A stretch of DNA of 64,000 nt from an uncultured Verrucomicrobiae bacterium (GTDB taxonomy: Bacteria; Verrucomicrobiota; Verrucomicrobiia; Chthoniobacterales; Chthoniobacteraceae). Both the position numbers and the translations under genes were made by a program. Of the stretch, positions 30,571 through 40,638 are shown one piece after another; the first letter of the stretch is position 1; each line of letters starts with the position of its first letter. Where the stretch lies: contig CAVYKI010000006.1 in the NCBI GenBank assembly GCA_963769025.1, positions 1 through 64,000 on the forward strand, in the 5' to 3' direction. A model generated the notes under the pieces. The model ran no database searches. It worked only from the letters and a program-made list of their open reading frames with translations, and had not been told where the DNA came from.

Positions 30571-32355
30571 TTACGGGTTTTTATCATCAGCGGCTGCTGG
30601 AGCGGAGGGTTTGCCTGGGAGTTCCTTCTGTTTTGAGGCGGCGGCTATCGCGCGATCGAGCAAGGCTTTTTCCTCCGGGAGCATGGGGGACCCCGCTGAG
30701 AGCTTTAGGTATTCCTCCGCCTTTTCGTTCTCCCCTGCGGCGAGGAGGAAAATCGCGTAGTAGAGTGCGACTTGCGGTTGGCGGACGTCCTCCGCTTTGA
30801 GCATGGACATGAGTGCCACAGCTTCCGCCGCCCTGCCCTGCTGATACAGGGAGAGGCCGTACGTCGAGGCGACCAGCGCGTTGTCGGGGTGTTCACGATG
30901 GAGGCGTTCCGCCGTGCGATGCGGATGCCCCTCATCAGTTCGAGTGAGAAGGGAGAGGAACGCGTAGTTGTTCCTCGCGGCGATGCCCTTGGGATCCAAT
31001 TTTGCGAGGACGGCGCTCAACTTCTGAAGTTGTGCGGTTTCCCCGCGCTGATTGGCGAGCTTCCAAAGGGAATCCGCCACCCACTGCGGACACTGCGGGC
31101 GCGCCGTGAGCGGCCACATGATTTCCTCGGCGCGCCGGTCCCATTTCCACGTCAGGGCGAATTTCGCCAGGCGTTCCATCGCGTCGGTGCGCGAACGCGC
31201 GGCGGCGACGGCGGCCGTCCATTCGCGTGTGGCTTCGTCGGTTTCCCCGAGGCGCTCCAGTGCGCAGGTGAGAAAGGCCCTGCGCAGATAATCCGTCGTG
31301 GACCATGTCGAGGAACCGGCGAGTTCCCGCAGCTTCTTCCAGTCGCCGGTTTTCGCGTATGCTTCCGCCACCGTGAGGCCGAGGGGCGGTTTCGAGATGG
31401 ACTCCGCGGGCAGGTCGCGCGCCCACTCGGTCACCATCATCGAAAGATCCTTGCCGTTCATCCACATCAGCAGGGCATGAAGGTTCGCGGGTTCGGCCAG
31501 CGCGCCGTCCCGCAATTCCAGAAGATACGGCCCGGAGCGGGGATCTCGAACCTGCCGGAGCGCGTCGAGCCGCGTGAGCTTGTCGTAGAAGGTCGAGCGC
31601 GCATCCGCGACGAGCGCATCCGCCATCGCACGGGCCTTGGCCGCGTCGCGGGTCCGGAGTGCGTCCGACAGCAGGAGGCGCAGCGCCTCCACGCTCGCCA
31701 TCGGTTTCGCCCGCAAGTCCTCCAAGGCACCGAGCGCCGCGTCGCGGACTCCAGGTGCCCGCGATTCGAGGCGGATGCGCGAAAGATTCACTTGATGCAG
31801 GGCATTCGCCGGTTCCATGCGGCAGGCCTCGGCCCAGTGCTTTTCCGCGGCCGAGACGTCCCGTTTTCCCAGCGCGATGAGCGCGGCCAGATCGTGGAAT
31901 CCGGCACTGTTCCGATCCGCCGGGGCCAGACCGTTCATCATTTGCTCCGCCGACTCGACGCCTTTTGTTTTCAGCGCGGCCCGCGCGCGCGCGAGGATAT
32001 TCTCGGGGTCGCCGGGCAGCAGCATGTCGAGCCGCGTGCGCCATTCTGCGGACGCAGGAACGCCGAGCGACTCCAGCGACTTTGCGATGATGCGCGTGGC
32101 CCCGGCATCGAGCGGGCTGTGCTCCAGTGCCGCGTTCGCGCTCAGGACAGCGCGCCTGAAGTCGCCCTTCGCGAAAAACTCCGACGCGCTCCGCACGTGA
32201 CGCTGCGCATTCCACTCGCGGTAGCGGTGAACGGCGCGCGGCCACGCGAACATGCCACCGGCGATCGCGACAAACGCAAGCCCTGCAACCCACGGCCAAA
32301 TACGGCGAGGCTGGCTCGATCGGCGTTCCTGTTTCTCGGACGGAAGGGATGACAT
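30571..32355 (-). CDS. Membrane-anchored TPR-like protein
   Basis: TM IWPWVAGLAFVAIAGGMFAW, ARNNYAFLSLL, RQPQVALYYAIFL. Confidence 0.85.
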   Translation of the reverse strand: MSSLPSEKQERRSSQPRRIWPWVAGLAFVAIAGGMFAWPRAVHRYREWNAQRHVRSASEFFAKGDFRRAVLSANAALEHSPLDAGATRIIAKSLESLGVPASAEWRTRLDMLLPGDPENILARARAALKTKGVESAEQMMNGLAPADRNSAGFHDLAALIALGKRDVSAAEKHWAEACRMEPANALHQVNLSRIRLESRAPGVRDAALGALEDLRAKPMASVEALRLLLSDALRTRDAAKARAMADALVADARSTFYDKLTRLDALRQVRDPRSGPYLLELRDGALAEPANLHALLMWMNGKDLSMMVTEWARDLPAESISKPPLGLTVAEAYAKTGDWKKLRELAGSSTWSTTDYLRRAFLTCALERLGETDEATREWTAAVAAARSRTDAMERLAKFALTWKWDRRAEEIMWPLTARPQCPQWVADSLWKLANQRGETAQLQKLSAVLAKLDPKGIAARNNYAFLSLLTRTDEGHPHRTAERLHREHPDNALVASTYGLSLYQQGRAAEAVALMSMLKAEDVRQPQVALYYAIFLLAAGENEKAEEYLKLSAGSPMLPEEKALLDRAIAAASKQKELPGKPSAPAAADDKNP

Positions 32356-32608
32356 GGGTAAAAAATTTGAGGGCTGGCATTTTGCCGGCGCGCAGCAGGG
32401 TCAGCGGCCGGTCTGCGTGCCTGCACTCGCGTGCATCACCCTCGCGCGACGCTAAGCATAGAGGTTTCGCAGGCAAGCTTCCGCTGCGCCGGCAGGTGGT
32501 CGCGGTTTGGGATGGCGGCCCGTGCGCGAAAGGAACATCGCGCGGAGTGCAGGTCGCAAGACCGAGGTTTGCCTTGGCTTTCCGCGCTTCTGTGGAAACG
32601 TCGCCCCG

Positions 32609-34186
32609 ATGAACCACCGCTGGCGCGGGTATCTTTGGATTTCCCTCCTCACCTTCCTCCTGCTCTGGGCCGATGTGGTCCGGAACCTGGGTTCATTTTG
32701 GTCCACAAACCCGCAGTACGCATACGGCTGGACGGTCCCCGCGCTCGCGCTCTTTCTCCTCTGGGAATGCTGGATCACCCGGCCTGCCCCGTTCCCGGCG
32801 CGGCGACGCGGCGTGGCATTTCTGCTCGCAGCGACCTTTGCCGCATTTCTGCTGCCGACGCGCCTGGTGCTGGAGGCCACGCCCGACTGGCGCCTCGCGC
32901 ACTGGGCGCTCGTGGCGGAAGTCGTCGGCCTCTCGCTCTGTGCCGTGTACCTCACCGGCGGTCGGTCGTGGCTGCCGCACTTCGCATTTCCCATCGCATT
33001 CATTTTTGTTGCCGTGCCGTGGCCGGCGAGAATCGAGCAGGGGCTCATCCAGACGCTCACCGAGTGGGTCTCGTCGCTCACCGTGGACGGGCTGAATCTC
33101 TGCGCCATCCCCGCGATCCGGCATGGCAACGTCATTGAAATCAGCACCGGCATGGTCGGCGTTGAGGAGGCATGCAGCGGCGTGCGTTCCTTTCAGGCCA
33201 CGCTCATGGCTTCGCTGTTCCTCGGGCAACTCTGGAGTTTTCCGTTCCGTTCGCGGCTGATTCTCATCGGTGCCGGTGTGGCGTTCGCCTTTTTTTGCAA
33301 CGTCATCCGCGCCCTGCTGCTTTCCTTCGTCGCGGAAAAGCACGGCCTCGCCGCCATCGATAAATGGCATGATCCCGCCGGCTTCACGATTCTCGGCGTC
33401 TGCTTCGCCGGGCTCCTCGGCCTCGCATTGATCCTCCGGCCCAAGGTCGGACGCGGCCTCGCCGCCGCGGAAGGTTACGAGCCGCACCGGCTTCCTGGCG
33501 CATTTGTCGCGGCGCTCGCAACGTGGATCGTCATCGCCGCCGTCGGCACGGAGTGGTGGTATCGGTCCGCCCCTCCAGGCACCTCGGCATGGTGGCGCGT
33601 CGACTGGCCGGAGCACCAGCCAGGGTTCGCGGAAATTCCAATCTCGCCCGCCGTGCGCGAGTTGCAGTTCGACACGGGCAGGCAGGCGCGCTGGCGGGAG
33701 GACGACGGTTCGCGGTGGACGATGTTCCATTTCCGCTGGCTGCCGGGCCTTGCAGTCTCGCGCGCCTTTGCCCGCTGGCATAATCCGGACATCTGCCTGA
33801 CCTCCGCCGGGTTCAAGCGCGTCGCCGAATACGAGCCCACGGTCATCCGCCGCGGCGACATTGAACTGGCCTTCCGGACCTACCGCTTCGACGCCCGCGA
33901 CCAGATCAACTACGTGTTTTTCTGCGTCTGGGAGGATCGCCAGGAACCCGGCGCCACGCCCGGCCTCCCGGAAGAATGGACGGCCGCGGCCCACTGGCGT
34001 GCGGTGCTCCAGCGCAAACGCAACCTCGGTCAGCAGGTGCTCGAGGTCGCGATTGCCGGCATCGACGACGAGCAGGCTGCGCGCGCCGCATTCGAGCGGA
34101 AAATCACATCGTTTCTGCGTCCGGATTCGCTCCTCCCCGCTGTGGAAATCCCGGACACCGCGGCGACCGGCACCACCGCACGCTGA
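32609..34186 (+). CDS. Exosortase fused to an EpsI-like domain
   Basis: Multi-TM; VEEACSGVRS, CNVIR, WHD catalytic Cys/Arg/His; C-terminal HNPDICLTSAG. Confidence 0.9.
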   Translation: MNHRWRGYLWISLLTFLLLWADVVRNLGSFWSTNPQYAYGWTVPALALFLLWECWITRPAPFPARRRGVAFLLAATFAAFLLPTRLVLEATPDWRLAHWALVAEVVGLSLCAVYLTGGRSWLPHFAFPIAFIFVAVPWPARIEQGLIQTLTEWVSSLTVDGLNLCAIPAIRHGNVIEISTGMVGVEEACSGVRSFQATLMASLFLGQLWSFPFRSRLILIGAGVAFAFFCNVIRALLLSFVAEKHGLAAIDKWHDPAGFTILGVCFAGLLGLALILRPKVGRGLAAAEGYEPHRLPGAFVAALATWIVIAAVGTEWWYRSAPPGTSAWWRVDWPEHQPGFAEIPISPAVRELQFDTGRQARWREDDGSRWTMFHFRWLPGLAVSRAFARWHNPDICLTSAGFKRVAEYEPTVIRRGDIELAFRTYRFDARDQINYVFFCVWEDRQEPGATPGLPEEWTAAAHWRAVLQRKRNLGQQVLEVAIAGIDDEQAARAAFERKITSFLRPDSLLPAVEIPDTAATGTTAR

Positions 34187-34190
34187 TACG

Positions 34191-35486
34191 CTAAACCGCC
34201 AGCCGCTCGCTTGTCTCCGCCTTCAGGATGTCCTCGATCGTCTCGCGGCGGCTGATGAGTTCCAGCGTGCCGTCCGGCTCCGACCACACCTGCGGCGCCT
34301 TGCCGATGGAGTTGTAATTGCTGCTCATGGCGTAGCCGTACGCACCCGCATCGCGGAGTGCGAGCAGGTCGCCGCGCTCTGGCTTTGGCAGCAGGCGCGG
34401 CACCAGTTCCTCATCCGCGCCGCCGCGCGTGAAGACGTCGCCGCTCTCGCAAAGCGGACCCGCGACCACGATCGGTTCGCGCGGCTGGTTCGGGTCGTCG
34501 TGTTCCTTTCCGAGAATCTCGATCTGGTGGTAGCTCCCGTACATCGCCGGCCGAACGAGGTCCACGAAGCCCGCGTCCACCATCGCAAACGTCGCGCCGC
34601 TTCCCTTCGCGTTCGACTGCGTGCGCTTGATGTCATGCACCCGCGTCACGAGCGTGCAGGACGGTGCCACATAGTAGCGCCCCGGCTCGATTTCCAGCCG
34701 GAGATCCCGCTGCGCCGCCGCGCTGATGCGCTGCTGGCAGGAGGTGAAAAGCTCGCGCAGCGGCTCGATGGGAACCTGCGCATCGCGCTCGCGGTAATTG
34801 TGCGGGATGCCGCCGCCGAGGCTCACGCCTTCGAGCTTCGGGAAGTGCTTCGTAAGGTCGCGGAACTCCACCGCGAGGCGCGTGAGATTCTCGTGCAGCT
34901 CCTCAAATTTCGGCCCGCTGCCGATGTGCGCATGCAGCATCGTCACCGAGAGCCCGGCTGCCTCCGCCGCATCCTTCACCACCATCAAGTCGCTGTGCCA
35001 GATGCCGTGCTTTGACGACGGCCCGCCCGTGTCGCACGTGTTCACATGGCCGTGACCAAAGCCGGGATTCACGCGGATGCTCACCGGCCCGCGGTAGCCG
35101 GCCGTCGCGAGCTGCCGGATCATGTCGGGCGATCCGACGTTTGGCAGGAGCTTGTTTTCGAGGACAACATCGAGCGCGTTGTCGCGAAAGACATCGGCGG
35201 TAAAGCACACGACCGGCGGGTTGTTCCCCGGCGCGTGACCGGCGCGCAGCGCGCGCAGCGCCTCGTTGCCCGACACCGCGTCGATCCAGATCCCCGCCGC
35301 CGCCATCTCGCGCAGGATCTTCGTCGCCGGGCACGCCTTCATCGCGAACCGCGCCTGCACATGCGGCGCGCTGGTGATGAATTTGATGTCCGCAATCCGC
35401 TGGCGGACGACTGCGGCATCGTAAAACCAAAAGGGCGTTCCCACCTTGTCGGCGATCTTGCGGATGAGTTGTGCGTCGAGTTTCAT
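34191..35486 (-). CDS. lysA: Diaminopimelate decarboxylase
   Basis: FAMKAC, HAHIGSG, EPGRY, GPLCESGD, GAYGYAMSSNYNS. Confidence 0.95.
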   Translation of the reverse strand: MKLDAQLIRKIADKVGTPFWFYDAAVVRQRIADIKFITSAPHVQARFAMKACPATKILREMAAAGIWIDAVSGNEALRALRAGHAPGNNPPVVCFTADVFRDNALDVVLENKLLPNVGSPDMIRQLATAGYRGPVSIRVNPGFGHGHVNTCDTGGPSSKHGIWHSDLMVVKDAAEAAGLSVTMLHAHIGSGPKFEELHENLTRLAVEFRDLTKHFPKLEGVSLGGGIPHNYRERDAQVPIEPLRELFTSCQQRISAAAQRDLRLEIEPGRYYVAPSCTLVTRVHDIKRTQSNAKGSGATFAMVDAGFVDLVRPAMYGSYHQIEILGKEHDDPNQPREPIVVAGPLCESGDVFTRGGADEELVPRLLPKPERGDLLALRDAGAYGYAMSSNYNSIGKAPQVWSEPDGTLELISRRETIEDILKAETSERLAV

Positions 35487-35584
35487 CGGGCCGCGGAGAA
35501 TGGCGCGGCGCGCCGGACGGTCAAGCCGGTCTCACGCCACGTTCGCATTTGCCGAACCTGCTCACACCGCGCATAACCTTCGCC

Positions 35585-36445
35585 ATGCGCCTCCTTTTCC
35601 TCCTCGCACTCACCTCCGCCGCGTTCGCCGCAGAAGACTACCCGATTGGTCCAGACTCGCAGCCGCAGGCGGGCGTGCCGCAGGGCGAGGTGAAAAAGTT
35701 CACCTTCGAGACCAGTAAGCTTTTCCCCGGCACGAAGCGCGACTGGTGGCTCTACGTCCCGAAGCAATACGACGCCGCGAAGCCCGCGTGCGCGATGGTG
35801 TTCTTCGACGGCGGCGGCTTTGCGAAACCCGACAGCGGATTCCGCGTGCCCGTCGTGTTCGACAACCTGATCGCGAAGAAGGACATGCCGGTGACGGTCG
35901 GCATCTTCATCAGCCCCGGCACCATCCCCGCGACGCAGCCGGGCAAAAAGGACCGCAGCAACCGCAGCTACGAATACGACTCGATGGGCGATCGCAACGC
36001 GCGCTTCATTACCGAGGAAATCCTCCCCGAGGTCCGCAAGCTCGTCAAACTCACCGACGATCCCGCAGGGTGGGGGACATGCGGCACGAGCAGCGGCGGC
36101 ATCGCGGCCTTCACGCTCGCGTGGGAAAAGCCGGATCAGTTTCAAAAGGTGATCAGCTACATCGGCAGCTTCACAAACATCCGCGGCGGCTACGACTACC
36201 CCGCGCTCATCCGCAAGACGAAGGACAAGCCGAAGCCGCTGCGCGTCTTCCTGCAGGACGGAACCGCCGACCTCGACAATCTCCACGGCCTCTGGCCGCT
36301 TTCGAACAAGGACATGGACTCCGCGCTGACGTTCGCCGGCTACGATCACAAATTCGAGCTCGGTACCGGCGGTCACAGCGGAAAGCAGGGCACCGCGATC
36401 CTGCCCGACGTCCTGCGCTGGCTGTGGCGCGACTACGCGAAGTAG
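35585..36445 (+). CDS. Secreted enterochelin-esterase-like alpha/beta hydrolase
   Basis: Signal peptide, NRSYEYDS, GTSSGG, GSFTNIRGG. Confidence 0.85.
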   Translation: MRLLFLLALTSAAFAAEDYPIGPDSQPQAGVPQGEVKKFTFETSKLFPGTKRDWWLYVPKQYDAAKPACAMVFFDGGGFAKPDSGFRVPVVFDNLIAKKDMPVTVGIFISPGTIPATQPGKKDRSNRSYEYDSMGDRNARFITEEILPEVRKLVKLTDDPAGWGTCGTSSGGIAAFTLAWEKPDQFQKVISYIGSFTNIRGGYDYPALIRKTKDKPKPLRVFLQDGTADLDNLHGLWPLSNKDMDSALTFAGYDHKFELGTGGHSGKQGTAILPDVLRWLWRDYAK

Positions 36446-36539
36446 CCGCCGACGGCAGGAGGCGGGCACTCGTCGAACGCCAAAGTCGGAACGCGGAATG
36501 CGGAATGAGATCAGCCTGCCTCGTTCCCTCGGCGGCTAC
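36442..36539. repeat. GTAG-type REP doublet (REPIN)
   Basis: GTAGCCGCCGACGGCAGGAGGCGGGC ... GCCTGCCTCGTTCCCTCGGCGGCTAC. Confidence 0.8.
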
Positions 36540-37886
36540 TTTCCAATGCAGAACTGCCCGAAGATCACGCCGAGCAATTCCTCGGTGTCCGCGCGGCCGA
36601 CGATGTCGCCGATGGCGTCCATCGCCGCGCGCAATTCCTCGGCGATGAACTCCGGTGAGAGCGCCTGATCGAACGCGCCGAGAGCGGCGCGCAGAAAGTC
36701 ACGCGCCTTTTCGAGGCACGCCTGATGCCGCGCATTGATCGCCGCGCTCCAGTCGCCCTTTGCCGCGCCGCCGAGCGCCTTTGCCTCGATCGCGGTTGTC
36801 AGCGCGTCCATGCCGTCGCCGCTGGCGCACGAGATGCGCACCGCATCGACTTCGCGCCATCCCGAATGCACGCCCAGATCGCTCTTGTTCAGCACGAGCA
36901 GTGAGCGCGGCGCGCCGGCGAATGACTCCAGCGCGAGCCCGGAAAACTGATCCAGCGGCGCGCGCTGCGCCTCGGCGAGATGCAGCACGAGGTCCGCGCG
37001 TTCCATCGCCTGGCGCGTGCGTTCCATGCCGGCCTGTTCCAGTTCGCACGTGCTGTCGCGCATGCCCGCGGTGTCCATCAGCCGCACCGGGATGCCGCGC
37101 ACATTGATCGTCTCCTCCAGCACGTCGCGCGTCGTGCCGGGGTGATGGCTCACGATCGCCCGCTCGTAGCCGAGCAGCCGGTTCAGCAGCGACGATTTTC
37201 CGACATTCGGCGGACCGAAAATCACCGTGCGCAAACCCTCGCGCAGCACCTTGCCCTGTCCCGCCGTCGCGAGCAGCGCCACGACATCCGTGAGGGCTAC
37301 TTCGATGCGTCCGCGCAGCGCCGCGCCCGTTTCGGGCGAGATGTCGTCCTCGGGAAAATCGATGTACGCCTCCACCTGCGCGAGCGTGTCGAGCACCGCC
37401 GCGCGCAGGTCGCGGATACGTGCGCCGAGGCGGCCTTCGAGCTGCTCATTCGCCGCACGCAGCGCGAGGTCGGTCTGCGCGCTGATGACGTCCATCACCG
37501 CCTCCGCCTGCGTGAGGTCCAGCTTGCGGTTTAAAAACGCACGCTGCGTAAACTCGCCCGGTTCCGCGCTCCTCGCACCCGCGCGCAGCAGCGCCTCCAG
37601 GATGCGCCGCGAGACGAGCACGCCGCCGTGGCAGGAAATCTCAACGACATCCTCGCCCGTGTAGCTCGCCGGCGCTCGGAAGACCGTGAGCAGCACATCG
37701 TCCAGCCGCGTGTCTCCGTCGAAAATGCTGCCGAACTGCGCGACGCGTGCGGGCAGTTCGGTCGCGCGCTTCTTTGAGCGAAAAACCGCGTCGGCAATCT
37801 CCACCGCACGCGCGCCGCTCAGCCGCAGCACGGCGATCGCACGCTTCGCCGAAGGCGGTGCTGATGGCTGCGATGGTTTCGTTCAT
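36536..37886 (-). CDS. mnmE: tRNA modification GTPase MnmE (frameshift near the 5' end)
   Basis: TIAAISTA, SYTGEDVVEISCHGG, GPPNVGKSS, DTAG, NKSD, FCIGK. Confidence 0.97.
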
Positions 37887-37934
37887 TCCTGGGAGAAAAG
37901 CAGCGCGGTTCGCATTCTCCAAGAGGCTTCGTTC

Positions 37935-38024
37935 GTAGCCGCCAAGGGAACGAGGCGGGCTGATCTCCATCGGGCATCGGTTCGCCGAGATTCAGCGTGC
38001 CCGCCTCCTGCCGTCGGCGGCTAC
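37935..38024. repeat. GTAG-type REP doublet, inverted relative to 36442-36539
   Basis: GTAGCCGCCAAGGGAACGAGGCGGGCTGATCTC ... GTGCCCGCCTCCTGCCGTCGGCGGCTAC. Confidence 0.8.
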
Positions 38025-38054
38025 TGATTTAGCGCCCGCCGCTGCGCCCGTCGC

Positions 38055-39417
38055 CTACGGCAACTGCCGTCCGATTTCCTCGACGCGGTAGCCGAAGCCC
38101 GTCGGGCCGAGCGTGGAGAGATCGAGCACTCCGCCGCGGCGTCGGTACAGGCCGGGGTGGATTTTCACCTCGGGCAGCGACGCGTCGGGGGAAAATTGCA
38201 TCCCGTTGCTCTCGACGCCCATGATGGTGCCCGCGTGCGCGGCGAGGGTGACGTGCGGGATTTGCGCGAGCATCGGATTCGTGAGGTCCTGCACCATGAG
38301 CGTCATGCCGTTGGCGCGCGCCCATGCGAGGCTGAGCAGCGCGCCGGTGAGCGTCTTGCACGTTTTCAACGCGACGCCGCTCCAGCCGAGTTCGCGGCCG
38401 AGACGGACGAAGCGCCAGTCGTGCGCGCTTTCGTCGAGGAAGAGCGGCTTGCGCGCGCTGACGCTGCGGACGTCGATGCGGTGCGCCTCGAGGTCGTACG
38501 GGAATGGCTGCTCGATGTAGAGCATCATGCCGTAGATGCGCGGGTGCTCGACGAGGAGGCGGTCCAGGATTTCGCAGACGTAGGCGGGGTCGGTGACGGT
38601 GCAGTTGAAGTCCGCGGTGAGCCACTCGCTGCCTTCCTCGATGGCGATGTTGCCGATGCGGACGATGCGGTCAAAGTCCCACGCGGCGTCGGTGCCGCGG
38701 AGTTTGATCTTCAGGCACTTCAGTCCGTCGGTGCGAATCCAGTCGCGGAGCACGACCGGGTATCCGTCGTCCGGCTCGCTGCCGGTGCGATCGGAATCTT
38801 CCAGCGGATCGAGCCCGCCGACGAGGTGCCAGACGGGGAGGCGCGTCTTTTTCGGGCGGAGAAAATGCGGCGGGTGCAGCCCGGCGAAGCGCGCGTCGCC
38901 ATCGAGGAAATGCGCGAGGTCGGCGGAGAGGAATTCCTCGCCGAGCGTCTCGAAGACGGGGCGGCCGACGAGATTCCCGAACGCGTCGTGGATGGCGAGG
39001 TCGAAGAGCGAATGGCAGACGAGCGCCGCGAGGTGCGGCATGGGCTCCGAGTGGCCTGGCGTTCGCGGTCGCGAGGAGCGCGTCTAGGCGCGTGCGCTGG
39101 AATGCGTCGCCGATTTCCATCGGGTGCCCGCTTTCGCCGAATGCCGGAAGTTCACGCGCAAGCACTTCGCAGAAATCGCGCATCCGCGTCTCGCGCTCCT
39201 CCCACGGCAGCGGCGAAGGCCACACCCACGCGACGCTCAGCGGAGTTTCGCCCCAGCCCTCGGCGGTGCGGCCGGCGCGATCTTCCACCGTGACGCGTGC
39301 CCTGGCGCAGACGGAGCGGGAGACGGTCTGTGCGCCGAATTTCAGCGGGACGCGAAGCGTCGTCGGGAGGTAATGGAGGGAGACTTCACGGACGCGGATG
39401 TCGGAGGGTTTCGGCAC
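38055..39417 (-). CDS. Mandelate racemase/enolase superfamily protein (frameshifted)
   Basis: LKIKLRG, TADFN, YIEQP, FLDES, ALKTCK. Confidence 0.85.
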
Positions 39418-39495
39418 GCGCGGAGGCTGACGGACAAAAGGGAGGCGTGGCAAGCGGGACGATGACGGCGCGTGATCGCACCGCGACGGCCGGAA

Positions 39496-40569
39496 TTATT
39501 TCGGTGCCTCTTGCGGCGTGTCCGAGGGGACTGGAGGCGCGGGTGGTGCGGGGATCTTTTCAGCGGTTGCAGGCGGCTCTGGCAGCGGTGCGTCATCGTC
39601 GGCGGGAAGTCCGGCGCGTTTCCAGCCCTCCTGCGCCGCGAGTTGCTCGCCGAGTTCCAGCGGCCAGCGGGGATTTTCGAAAAGCTCGGGCAAGGTGACT
39701 TGCAGCTCTTTGATCCGCTCGACGAAGACGCCGTTTTCCGGGGAATTCGGATCGGCGATGGCCGGGTAGCGGCGCATCAGCTCCACCTTGGCGAGCCTTG
39801 TGATTTCCGCGGGCGTTTCCTTCGACATGCCGGTGAATGCGACCATCCCGGAATCGATTGTCACCTCATGTTCGCCCGCCTGGAAGGTCACGGTTCCATC
39901 CGAGAGTTTCTTGAACGGGAACTGGCCGCCGGCGCGGATGACGAACCGTTTTCCGCCGATCCGGATCTGGGCGTCCTGCGTGACGCGGATGAGCTTTCCG
40001 GCGGCCGGGTCGGGCGCGGGCGGAGTCAGTTCGTGGATGACGTCATCCTCCGGCGGCATAGGAATCTTTTCCACCGGAGGAGCGGGAGCCTTTCCCACCG
40101 TGGGCACCGGGAGTCCGTGGGGGTATTCGTCAACGGGAACGTCGGAGGGCTTTGCCGGTTCACCGCCGAGTCCGGCCTTTGCAGCGCGGTCCAGCTTTTG
40201 CACGCCGCGGTCGATGAACGGCAGCGCCGCGGCGAACAGTGCGACCGCGCCGGTCCCGATCAGCCCCCCGTGCGGACGATGGAATACGCGCAGACGGAAG
40301 AGCACCCACACGAGCGCAAAGGTCCCGAAGCTCGCCACGACCGCGCGCAGCGCCACGTGACTCGGGAGGTAAAGTCCCATCCAGAAAATCAGCAGCGCGC
40401 TGAGCAGCAAGCCGGCGCCGAGCGCGAGATTGGTGAGATCGCGGGGAATCCCCTCCGTTGCCGGTTGAGGGCGGGCGGGCATTTCCGCGGGAGGGGCGCT
40501 GATGCCGGAGCCGGGCTTTTCGGCTGGCTTCTCGGGAGTGGCGTGCGGGGTGTCTTGGGTTGGATTCAC
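39496..40569 (-). CDS. Hypothetical membrane protein (3 TM + Pro-rich linker)
   Basis: 357-aa ORF with hydrophobic N-terminal helices. Confidence 0.7.
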   Translation of the reverse strand: MNPTQDTPHATPEKPAEKPGSGISAPPAEMPARPQPATEGIPRDLTNLALGAGLLLSALLIFWMGLYLPSHVALRAVVASFGTFALVWVLFRLRVFHRPHGGLIGTGAVALFAAALPFIDRGVQKLDRAAKAGLGGEPAKPSDVPVDEYPHGLPVPTVGKAPAPPVEKIPMPPEDDVIHELTPPAPDPAAGKLIRVTQDAQIRIGGKRFVIRAGGQFPFKKLSDGTVTFQAGEHEVTIDSGMVAFTGMSKETPAEITRLAKVELMRRYPAIADPNSPENGVFVERIKELQVTLPELFENPRWPLELGEQLAAQEGWKRAGLPADDDAPLPEPPATAEKIPAPPAPPVPSDTPQEAPK

Positions 40570-40638
40570 TAGCCGGGCACGATGCCACGCAACGGCGGCT
40601 TGTCGCTACGAAAGTGTCGCGGCGCGCTTCGGCGCGGC

